A stretch of 64,000 nt of DNA from Alphaproteobacteria bacterium (lineage in GTDB: Bacteria; Pseudomonadota; Alphaproteobacteria; CAAHEQ01; UBA3637). How positions within the stretch are numbered: the stretch's first letter is position 1; every line of letters begins with the position of its first letter. The notes beneath the pieces were generated by a model, which was not told the origin of the DNA, searched no databases, and was given only the letters and a program-made list of their open reading frames with translations. Position numbers and translations under genes: made by a program. Location: contig JAGCYU010000001.1 in the NCBI GenBank assembly GCA_017960645.1, forward strand, positions 10,006 through 74,005, in the 5' to 3' direction. Shown here piece by piece: positions 29,611 through 38,029 of the stretch.

Positions 29611-31917
29611 ATGGAGATGAGCATGCAAAACATTTCAAATATTCAAGAGGGTTGTGTCGGGTGTGGCGCATGCTGTCAAGCATGTCCTCATAAGGCTATC
29701 ACAATGAAGCCTAATCATGAGGGATTTTTATACCCTGTTATAGACAAGGAAAAATGCGTCAATTGTGGTTTATGTGTACATGTCTGCCCCATATCCTGCG
29801 AATCCTATAAGCGCGACAACAAACACCCTGATTGTTTTGCTGTTCAATCTTCGGATGATTTTATGAAACACAGCTCCAGTGGCGGCATGTTTTCTGTTTT
29901 AGCCACGTATATATTGGAAAACGGGGGATATGTTTGCGGCGCAGGTTTTGACAAGACGTGGTCTGTAGAACACAAAATCATATCCGATATATCAGGGCTA
30001 TACGAACTACAAACCAGCAAATATGTCCAATCAGATACAAAAACTGTATTCAAAGAAATCCAAAAGCTGTTGTCCCAGAATAAAACTGTTTTGTTTTCGG
30101 GAACGCCCTGTCAAGTTGCGGGATTATACGCTTTTTTGAAAAAAGATTATGATAACCTGCTGACCATTGACGTTTTTTGCCATGGAACACCTTCACCCGG
30201 CATCTTTCAAAAATATCTTAATGAATTGAACCTTAAAAACATAAAAGATATAAACTTTCGGGATAAAACACCGCCTGCAAATTGGACTGATTTTGCACTT
30301 TCAATAGAAAGTTCCTCAGGCAAAATACAAGAATCTCTTTCGGAAAATATTTATATGTTGGGTTTTTTGCGCAACTTGTTCTTGCGCAAATCATGTCATC
30401 AATGCCCCTTTGCAAAGGTCCTCAGACAAGGCGATTTTTCGTTGGGAGATTTTTGGGGATACAAACCCCAAAAGCACACCTTGGACGTCCAAAAGGGAAT
30501 GTCTGCTGTCTTACTGAATACAACAAAATCTCAAAACTATTTCAAAAAAATCAAATCCCAATTATCATTCATCCAACCCGTTAAACTAGCCAGTATGACA
30601 AAAGGAAATCCCGTTTTGGTTTCACCCGTACGGGCTCATCCCAACAGAACTTATTTTTTTAAAGAATTTCAAAACAACGCGCCTGTGATTCCTCTTATAG
30701 AAAAATACTTAGGTAATAAAAAAGTTGCTATTTTTAATTTTTCATCATTTACAACAAATAATTTTGGAGCATGTTTAGTTGGATATGCTATGGAACATGC
30801 CGTTTCAAAACTGGGCTATACCCCAAGCACTATCAATTTTATTCCTAAATCCGAAGTTTTTGACCGGACAAAGCCGAGTCCCTTTCAAGATTTCAGACAA
30901 AAATTTTTAAATTTAACGGGCATATGTTCGACCAAAAAAGAATTAAAAAAGAATCTGAATGATGCTTTTGATAAATTTATTATTGGCAGTGACCAAATTG
31001 TTCGCCATCCCAACTATGATTTTGCTTATTATTTAGATTGGGTATCCGGACGCAAAAATTTGCTATCCTATGCCGCCAGTTTTGGTACAGCCAAATTAGA
31101 AATGGATAAAAAAAGGACAAAATACGCTAAACGGTGTTTAGACAGATTTGATGCATTTTCTGTTCGCGAACTTAGCGGTGCAAACATTATGAAAACCCAT
31201 TTTGGCAAAAATAATACTCCTGTTGTATGCGATCCTACTTTATTACTAGACGCCAAAGATTATCAACCCATCATTGATGCGGAAAATTTATCTGTACCAG
31301 CCGGTGAATATGTTGCCTATTACCTTTTGGATGAAAGTCCGGAAGTTTTAACTCATTTTAGCAAAAAATATAAACTGATAAATGCCTATAAAGATGATTC
31401 AGGACAATACCGTTCTTTCGGCGAATGGTTAAACATTATTAAAAATGCCAAATATGTCATTACAGATTCTTTCCATGGCAGTGTTTTTTCCATTATTTAT
31501 AAACGTCAGTTTGTCACATTAACCACAAAAGAACGCGGCAACGAACGCCTGGAATCCTTGATGAAGATATTGGGAGAAAACCGGCTTATTGATAACAGGG
31601 ATAATTTAACAGAACAATCCCTGTTTAGCAAAAAAATTGATTATATCAAAGCAAACAAGAATATTTTAGCGGCGCAACAACAAGGCTATGATTATTTAGA
31701 TACCGCATTAAAAATTAAACCAAATAAAAAGAAAAATATATTTAAAATCCACCCAAAGAAATCGTATTTCTGGTTGTTCGGCATACTGCCTTTAATGAAA
31801 ACAACTTCTAATAAAAGTGAACGGGTCAATATTTCCTTGTTCGGTCTTCCTATATTCAAAGTAAAATTCGGAAAATTCTATCTGTTTGGCTTTATTAAGA
31901 TCGGCTACTATCGGTGA
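29611..31917 (+). CDS. fusion protein: 2x[4Fe-4S] ferredoxin + F420-hydrogenase/dehydrogenase-beta-like domain + polysaccharide pyruvyl transferase domain
   Basis: N-terminus CVGCGACCQACP and CVNCGLCVHVCP cluster motifs; middle resembles FrhB/FdhB; aa ~385-650 resemble CsaB/WcaK/ExoV-type pyruvyl transferases; odd hydrophobic C-terminal tail. Confidence 0.6.
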   Translation: MEMSMQNISNIQEGCVGCGACCQACPHKAITMKPNHEGFLYPVIDKEKCVNCGLCVHVCPISCESYKRDNKHPDCFAVQSSDDFMKHSSSGGMFSVLATYILENGGYVCGAGFDKTWSVEHKIISDISGLYELQTSKYVQSDTKTVFKEIQKLLSQNKTVLFSGTPCQVAGLYAFLKKDYDNLLTIDVFCHGTPSPGIFQKYLNELNLKNIKDINFRDKTPPANWTDFALSIESSSGKIQESLSENIYMLGFLRNLFLRKSCHQCPFAKVLRQGDFSLGDFWGYKPQKHTLDVQKGMSAVLLNTTKSQNYFKKIKSQLSFIQPVKLASMTKGNPVLVSPVRAHPNRTYFFKEFQNNAPVIPLIEKYLGNKKVAIFNFSSFTTNNFGACLVGYAMEHAVSKLGYTPSTINFIPKSEVFDRTKPSPFQDFRQKFLNLTGICSTKKELKKNLNDAFDKFIIGSDQIVRHPNYDFAYYLDWVSGRKNLLSYAASFGTAKLEMDKKRTKYAKRCLDRFDAFSVRELSGANIMKTHFGKNNTPVVCDPTLLLDAKDYQPIIDAENLSVPAGEYVAYYLLDESPEVLTHFSKKYKLINAYKDDSGQYRSFGEWLNIIKNAKYVITDSFHGSVFSIIYKRQFVTLTTKERGNERLESLMKILGENRLIDNRDNLTEQSLFSKKIDYIKANKNILAAQQQGYDYLDTALKIKPNKKKNIFKIHPKKSYFWLFGILPLMKTTSNKSERVNISLFGLPIFKVKFGKFYLFGFIKIGYYR

Positions 31918-31927
31918 TAAAAAAAGT

Positions 31928-31957
31928 TTGCGCACCCCGTAACATCAGGATGCGCAA
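31928..31957. terminator. possible hairpin between the convergent pyruvyl-transferase gene and thrS
   Basis: TTGCGCA...TGCGCAA inverted repeat with a large loop, then CGTTTT. Confidence 0.25.
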
Positions 31958-31961
31958 CGTT

Positions 31962-33893
31962 TTAGTCTTCGTATTCTATGCTTGGATATCTGGCTTCAAT
32001 TTTAAAGTCTTTAATCACATCTGCTAAAGGCTTAATCTCTTGCTTTTCAGAGCCCAAACGACGAATCGTTACAGTTTGATCTGCTGCTTCTTTAGCACCC
32101 ACAACCAAAATCACCGGGATTTTTGCCAAAGAATGTTCACGAATTTTATAGCCCACTTTTTCGTTACGCAAATCCGTTTCTACACGCAAACCGGCAACCG
32201 TCATTTTATTGGCGATTTCTTTAACATACTCGTCTTGTGCATTTGTGATAGGAATAATCATCACTTGAGTCGGTGCCAACCAGAACGGGAAATGTCCCGC
32301 GGTATGTTCTGTATAAACCGCCGTAAAGCGCTCCAAAGCTCCAAACAAAGCACGGTGTAGCATAATTGGACGATGCTTTTCACCATCTTCGCCAATATAG
32401 GTTACATCAAAACGTTCCGGCAAGTTTAAGTCAGCTTGCAACGTACCACATTGCCATTCACGCCCTAAAGCATCATAGAATTTAAAGTCTAACTTTGGCC
32501 CATAGAAAGCACCATCACCCGGATTAATTTCATACGGATAGTTCATTTTTTCCAAGGCCTCGGCCAATCCCTTTTCTAAAAAGTCCCAAATCTCATCTGT
32601 TCCGATTCGTTCATTTGGCCGTGTCGATAATTTTATCTTTACTTGATCAAGACCAAACCCAAAATCTTTATATACATCTAACATCAACTTGACAACTTTT
32701 TGGCATTCTTCCAAAAATTGCTCTGGCGTACAAAAAATATGAGCATCATCTTGTGTAAAAGCACGTACACGCAATAATCCATGTAAAGCACCAGATGCTT
32801 CATAGCGATGAACCTTACCAAACTCAGCAATGTATTGAGGCAAGTCACGATAACTTTTAATCCCTTGTTTAAACACCAACACGCCGCCAGGACAGTTCAT
32901 TGGCTTAATAGCGAATTCTTTTTCCTCAATAGTTGTGGTGAACATATTTTCCTTGTACCATTTCCAGTGCCCCGAAGTTTCCCACAAAATTCTGTTCATG
33001 ATTTGCGGGGTATTGATTTCAACATAACCTTCGCGCCCTTGGCGTTTGCGCATATAATCTTGCAAGGTGCGGAACAAAGTCCAACCACGCGGATGCCAAA
33101 ACACATCCCCAGGAGCATATTCTTCAAAATGCCACAGATCCATTTCTTTGCCTAACTTACGGTGATCACGCTTTTCGGCTTCTTCCAACATTGTAAAATA
33201 ATCTTTAAGTTCTTTATCAGAAAAGAACGCTGTTCCATAGACACGCTGTAAAGATGCTTTTGTAGAATCTCCACGCCAATAGGAAGCGGCCACCTTTGTC
33301 AATTTAAAAGCGGTTCCAACCCGTCCGGTAGATGGCATGTGCGGACCACGACAAAGCTCGACATAATCACCTTGCGTATAAATGGACACTTCCTTCACAT
33401 CTTCCGGTAAATCCTCAATCAATTCAACCTTAAAGTCCTCGCCACGAGCTTTAAAGATTTTTTTTGCCTCATCCCGAGTTGCCATAGACCGAACAATCGG
33501 TAAATCCGCTGCGACAATCTCAGCCATTTTAGCTTCAATTTTAGGTAAATCCTCTTCTTTTAAAATAATTCCAAAAAAATCATAGTAAAAACCATTGTCA
33601 ATGGACGGCCCTATGGTTGCTTTTGCCGACGGATACAAAGCTTCAACAGCCTGCGCCAAAATATGCGCTGTTGTATGGCGCAAAATTTCCAAAGCCTCTG
33701 GGGTTTTAGAAGTCAAAATAGAAATTGTTGCGTTTGTAGTGATGGGAGTGGTTAAATCTTGCACTGTTTCATTTACTTTGATTGCAACAGCGGCTTTTGC
33801 CAAATTCACACTAATTTTTTCTGCGATCTGAAGTCCGTTCACAGGTGCTTCAAAATCCATTTTTGCCCCATCAGGCAACACGATTTCTATCAT
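31962..33893 (-). CDS. thrS: threonine--tRNA ligase
   Basis: 643 aa; TGS domain, class II aaRS core and anticodon-binding domain. Confidence 0.95.
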   Translation of the reverse strand: MIEIVLPDGAKMDFEAPVNGLQIAEKISVNLAKAAVAIKVNETVQDLTTPITTNATISILTSKTPEALEILRHTTAHILAQAVEALYPSAKATIGPSIDNGFYYDFFGIILKEEDLPKIEAKMAEIVAADLPIVRSMATRDEAKKIFKARGEDFKVELIEDLPEDVKEVSIYTQGDYVELCRGPHMPSTGRVGTAFKLTKVAASYWRGDSTKASLQRVYGTAFFSDKELKDYFTMLEEAEKRDHRKLGKEMDLWHFEEYAPGDVFWHPRGWTLFRTLQDYMRKRQGREGYVEINTPQIMNRILWETSGHWKWYKENMFTTTIEEKEFAIKPMNCPGGVLVFKQGIKSYRDLPQYIAEFGKVHRYEASGALHGLLRVRAFTQDDAHIFCTPEQFLEECQKVVKLMLDVYKDFGFGLDQVKIKLSTRPNERIGTDEIWDFLEKGLAEALEKMNYPYEINPGDGAFYGPKLDFKFYDALGREWQCGTLQADLNLPERFDVTYIGEDGEKHRPIMLHRALFGALERFTAVYTEHTAGHFPFWLAPTQVMIIPITNAQDEYVKEIANKMTVAGLRVETDLRNEKVGYKIREHSLAKIPVILVVGAKEAADQTVTIRRLGSEKQEIKPLADVIKDFKIEARYPSIEYED

Positions 33894-33993
33894 TTTATAT
33901 CCTTTGTTATCTGTTAATTGTTTTCAAACAAACCCCTTGCCTAAAAACAGGAATTATTTTAACCAATTTTTAATAAAAAGTCAAAGATTTTCT

Positions 33994-35118
33994 TTAAGAT
34001 CTCTCTGTATTCTTCTTTTTTGCTTGCAAAAATTTTGGTAATTTAAGCGGAAAAATTTTAAACCTTTTATTTATGGAAAATTGAGGTATTTCTGCGTTCT
34101 CTGGGACAGGAATTTCCACATAAATATCTCTTTTTTTTCCGTCTTCACACAAAAAATCACAATATTCAACCAATGGATTGATGTATGTTTTATGTATCCG
34201 CTCATGTGCTTCTTTGTCCAACCAGCTCATATTTTCAATACTGTTATCCCCACCTAAAGCTCTTGGAATAATATGATGGCACGTTAAGTCTATATCACTG
34301 GGAATACAGCCTGTTTTTTTAATAGATTCTCTTATCTTCTTGGGCAAATGATTAAAATCCCCTCTTTCCAAACAAGCCAAAACACGTTCCTCTTTTTGGC
34401 GCAAATAGGCCTGTTTAATTTTGGAAGCTTCAAGCAATGACACACTTCTGGCTTTAACCAATACATATTTCATTCCTGCAGGCAATCTCTGCTTGCACGA
34501 TAATCTTAAGACAAAATAGTCTTTTTTGCCTCTTACCTGAACTCGCTTTAGCGCATCCAACCGCCACGCCCTTTTACTTGCCAAATATTTTTCTAATGGT
34601 TCTCGTTCTTGTGGTAAAACAAAATTTAAAAAAGCTCTCTGAGAAAAAACCCTGGGAAAATCGGGCATTTTTATTCCAATTTTTCTTGTTTTTTTGGCAT
34701 CCCTTTTATGGATAAATCTTTTAACTTCTAACGAAAGAGGCTTCCAATACAATTCATACATCAATTGACTGATGTATTTCGAAACAATACATATATTTTC
34801 AATATCATAACTTCCCCCTAAGCTTGGCGGAATCATAAAGTCTGCTTCATATCCTTTTGGAATTTGTCCATACAGTTCTGCGCGTTTCTGATCCCTAATA
34901 GGAAAGCTTTGAAAAGCACCTTGTCTTGCCAAACGTCGAACCAATAGCTTGATTTGACGTTTTAAATCAAAGTTTCGTTCTTTTTCTAAACTTGTAATAT
35001 CCAGAAAGTATATTTTTTTTTCTGAATCAGATTCATTTACCAAAAGATCTAAAATTACATTATCGTGTTCATCTCTTTTTCTGCGCCAACGTTGTTTCCC
35101 TGAAAAAGGTAATGCCAT
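33994..35118 (-). CDS. hypothetical protein with two HNH-like modules (the first degenerate, the second intact)
   Basis: Module 2 is CHHIIPRALGGDNSIENMSWLDKEAHERIH, a canonical HNH motif; module 1 is DFMIPPSLGGSYDIENICIVSKY, the same scaffold without the His residues. Confidence 0.55.
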   Translation of the reverse strand: MALPFSGKQRWRRKRDEHDNVILDLLVNESDSEKKIYFLDITSLEKERNFDLKRQIKLLVRRLARQGAFQSFPIRDQKRAELYGQIPKGYEADFMIPPSLGGSYDIENICIVSKYISQLMYELYWKPLSLEVKRFIHKRDAKKTRKIGIKMPDFPRVFSQRAFLNFVLPQEREPLEKYLASKRAWRLDALKRVQVRGKKDYFVLRLSCKQRLPAGMKYVLVKARSVSLLEASKIKQAYLRQKEERVLACLERGDFNHLPKKIRESIKKTGCIPSDIDLTCHHIIPRALGGDNSIENMSWLDKEAHERIHKTYINPLVEYCDFLCEDGKKRDIYVEIPVPENAEIPQFSINKRFKIFPLKLPKFLQAKKKNTERS

Positions 35119-35121
35119 ATT

Positions 35122-35802
35122 TTATCCTTTCAATGCATATCCACCGGAACGCACTGTCCGAATTATTTCATCCCCCTCTTGTTCTTGTAAACATTTACGC
35201 AATCGTTTAATATGAACATCCACAGTCCGCTCTTCTACATGAACCATATCTCCCCACACAAGTTTTAACAGTTCAGCTCTAGAAATAACTTTTTCAGGAT
35301 GCTCCATTAAAACCTGTAATAAACGAAATTCCGTTGGTCCCATATCTATCGGTTGGCCTTCCTTATAAACTTGTTTTTTATCAAAATCCATAACCAAACG
35401 TCCAACTTCTAATGCTTTTGGTAAAGGCTTAAAAACAACTCGCCGCAACAAGGCTTGAATTCTGGCAATCAATTCCGGCACAGAAAAGGGCTTCGTCATA
35501 TAATCATCCGCCCCATAGGACAAACCCCGAACTTTGTCGGCCTCTTCCCCACGAGCTGTTAACATGATAATAGGAATGTGTTTAATATCATGTGTTTGCC
35601 GAATTTCTCGACAAAGGTCTATGCCTGACATATTTGGTAACATCCAATCCATCAAGATTAATTCTGGGTGCTCTGTCTCAACAGTTTGCATGACCACTTT
35701 CCCATCCATTGCTACCACCGTTTCGTAACCTTGCTTTTCAAGGTTATATTTTAACAGCGTTACCAAGCCTGGTTCGTCCTCTACAATTAAAACTTTTGTC
35801 AT
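35122..35802 (-). CDS. phoB: OmpR/PhoB-family response regulator, PhoB-like
   Basis: LDWMLPNMSGIDL, MLTARGEEADKVRGLSYGADDYMTKPFS, and a winged-helix domain with TVDVHIKRLRK, close to PhoB as recalled. Confidence 0.75.
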   Translation of the reverse strand: MTKVLIVEDEPGLVTLLKYNLEKQGYETVVAMDGKVVMQTVETEHPELILMDWMLPNMSGIDLCREIRQTHDIKHIPIIMLTARGEEADKVRGLSYGADDYMTKPFSVPELIARIQALLRRVVFKPLPKALEVGRLVMDFDKKQVYKEGQPIDMGPTEFRLLQVLMEHPEKVISRAELLKLVWGDMVHVEERTVDVHIKRLRKCLQEQEGDEIIRTVRSGGYALKG

Positions 35803-36443
35803 GCATTCCCTTTTAACAATTTAATGGCTTTTTTCTTGTCGGCACTTTTAAAAACATAATTTCCAGCAACTAAAACATCCGCTCCCGCTAAACGACAAGC
35901 CGGCGCAGTTATATCATTGACACCACCATCTACAGAAATAAGGATTTTTTTCTTGCCAATCAATTCCTTTAATTCAGCAATCTTTTTTAAAGCCACAGGA
36001 TTAAATTGCTGTCCACTAAAACCAGGTTCAACCCCCATCACCAAAATTAAATCTATCATCGGCAAATAAGGTATTAACTCCGCCACTTTTGTTTTCGGCT
36101 TAATGGATAATCCAACTTTTTTCTTATGTTTTTTTATCATAGAAATAACAGCGGCAATATTATCCTTAGTCTCTACATGAAAGGTAATACAATCTGCCCC
36201 TGCTTGGACAAAAGAATCTATATAATCTTTAGGATGAGAAATCATCAAATGGACATCAAAAATGGCATTCGTATGAGATCTGATATCACGAATAACATTA
36301 GCCCCAAAAGTAATATTTGGGACAAAATGTCCATCCATAACATCTAAATGAATCCAATCTGCCCCAGCCCGCGTTAAAGATTCAACTTCCTTTCCAAGTT
36401 TAGAAAAATCTGCAGACAACAGGCTTGGGGCAACTTTAACCAT
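35799..36443 (-). CDS. rpe: ribulose-phosphate 3-epimerase
   Basis: SLLSADF...HLDVMDGHFVPN motifs. Confidence 0.9.
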   Translation of the reverse strand: MVKVAPSLLSADFSKLGKEVESLTRAGADWIHLDVMDGHFVPNITFGANVIRDIRSHTNAIFDVHLMISHPKDYIDSFVQAGADCITFHVETKDNIAAVISMIKKHKKKVGLSIKPKTKVAELIPYLPMIDLILVMGVEPGFSGQQFNPVALKKIAELKELIGKKKILISVDGGVNDITAPACRLAGADVLVAGNYVFKSADKKKAIKLLKGNA

Positions 36444-36446
36444 AAA

Positions 36447-37511
36447 TTATCCTACAATCTTTGGATCTAATTCACCGCTGGCATACCGAGCAGCCATATC
36501 TTCCAAAGAAATTGGCTTAATGTGGCTAGCTTGACCAGCAGCACCAAATTGTGTATAGCGCTCTTCGCAAACCTTTTGCATTGCTGCCATGGCTGGCTTT
36601 AAGTATTTACGAGGATCAAATTCACCCGGTTTTTCACAGAATACCGTCCGAATTGCGCCTGTCATAGCCATACGCAAATCCGTATCCACATTCACCTTGC
36701 GAACACCATGCTTAATAGCTTCTTGAATTTCTGGGACAGGTACGCCATAAGTTTGTGGCATTTGCCCGCCATGTGCATTGATAATGTCTTGTAAATCTTG
36801 AGGAACAGAGGAAGATCCATGCATCACCAAGTGTGTATATGGCAATTTTTCATGAATCTTTTTCACTGTATCAATAGACAAGATTGCACCGTCCGGCTTG
36901 CGTGTAAATTTATAAGCACCATGGCTGGTTCCAATAGCAACAGCCAATGCATCAACCTTTGTTTGACGCACAAAATCAACTGCTTGATCCGGATCTGTTA
37001 ACAGCTTGGATTTATCAATAGCGCCTTCAAAGCCGTGTCCATCTTCTTTTTCGCCTTTACCGGATTCCAAAGAACCGATACAGCCCAACTCACCTTCAAC
37101 GGAAACACCAGCTTTATGAGCGGTTACAGCAACTTCACCCGTTACCTTGGCATTATATTCGTATGTGGCAGGCTTGCCCTCTGGATCCAATGATCCATCC
37201 ATCATAACAGAAGTAAATCCAGCTGCCATGGCAGAGTAGCACACATCTGGACTAGAACCATGATCCTGGTGAACACAAATTGGCAAATCTGGATACATTT
37301 CAACACCCGCCATCATCAAATGCTTTAATACAGCATCGTTTGCATATTGACGCGCCCCTTTACTTGCTTGAATAATCACAGGAGAATTGGTTGCTTTTGC
37401 AGCGGCCAAAATTGCCAATACCTGTTCCATATTGTTCACGTTAAATGCAGGAATACCATAACCATATTCGGCTGCATCATCTAACAATTGTCTTAAACTT
37501 ACTAATGCCAT
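36447..37511 (-). CDS. fba: fructose-bisphosphate aldolase, class II
   Basis: 354 aa; GYGIPAFNVNN N-terminus and zinc-binding His residues. Confidence 0.9.
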   Translation of the reverse strand: MALVSLRQLLDDAAEYGYGIPAFNVNNMEQVLAILAAAKATNSPVIIQASKGARQYANDAVLKHLMMAGVEMYPDLPICVHQDHGSSPDVCYSAMAAGFTSVMMDGSLDPEGKPATYEYNAKVTGEVAVTAHKAGVSVEGELGCIGSLESGKGEKEDGHGFEGAIDKSKLLTDPDQAVDFVRQTKVDALAVAIGTSHGAYKFTRKPDGAILSIDTVKKIHEKLPYTHLVMHGSSSVPQDLQDIINAHGGQMPQTYGVPVPEIQEAIKHGVRKVNVDTDLRMAMTGAIRTVFCEKPGEFDPRKYLKPAMAAMQKVCEERYTQFGAAGQASHIKPISLEDMAARYASGELDPKIVG

Positions 37512-37600
37512 TTTTCATCCTTTCTTATGTTTTTTAATGATGGCATCATTCTACAAAAACTGAAAGAAAAAAGCAAGGAGATTTTTACAGATCTGCTTTC

Positions 37601-38011
37601 CTAACAAGAACATTCACAATAATAATGCTTGTGTGCTAACCTGTTTTGTGAACATTTTCCTGCCGGCACATCCACAGAACCACAATGGGTACAATTTTTA
37701 AAGCGTTGCTTAATCCAATTAATACTGGTGTGCGATGTTTTTTGACAAGGAATTTTGACTTTACCGTTACGAACTGTCGCCACCGGACTTTTTTTACAGG
37801 TTACTCTGCCTTCCCAGTTAATAGAGGTGGTCCTATTTTTTCCACAGACAGCGACTTCTCCATTACATATAGCATCAGCCGGACAAGCAACACACTCTTT
37901 TCCTACAATATATTGATTAGAAGCACATTTTTGGATTAATTCTTCAGCAAAACCTTGTGTTGAAAAAATGATCCCAACAAATAACATCAAAACAAAAAAT
38001 TTCTGACTCAT
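37601..38011 (-). CDS. small secreted cysteine-rich protein (about 13 Cys in about 110 mature residues)
   Basis: Signal peptide MSQKFFVLMLFVGIIFSTQGFA; CxxC and CxC spacing; located between tkt and fba. Confidence 0.45.
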   Translation of the reverse strand: MSQKFFVLMLFVGIIFSTQGFAEELIQKCASNQYIVGKECVACPADAICNGEVAVCGKNRTTSINWEGRVTCKKSPVATVRNGKVKIPCQKTSHTSINWIKQRFKNCTHCGSVDVPAGKCSQNRLAHKHYYCECSC

Positions 38012-38029
38012 ATTATACTCCTTTAAAAA

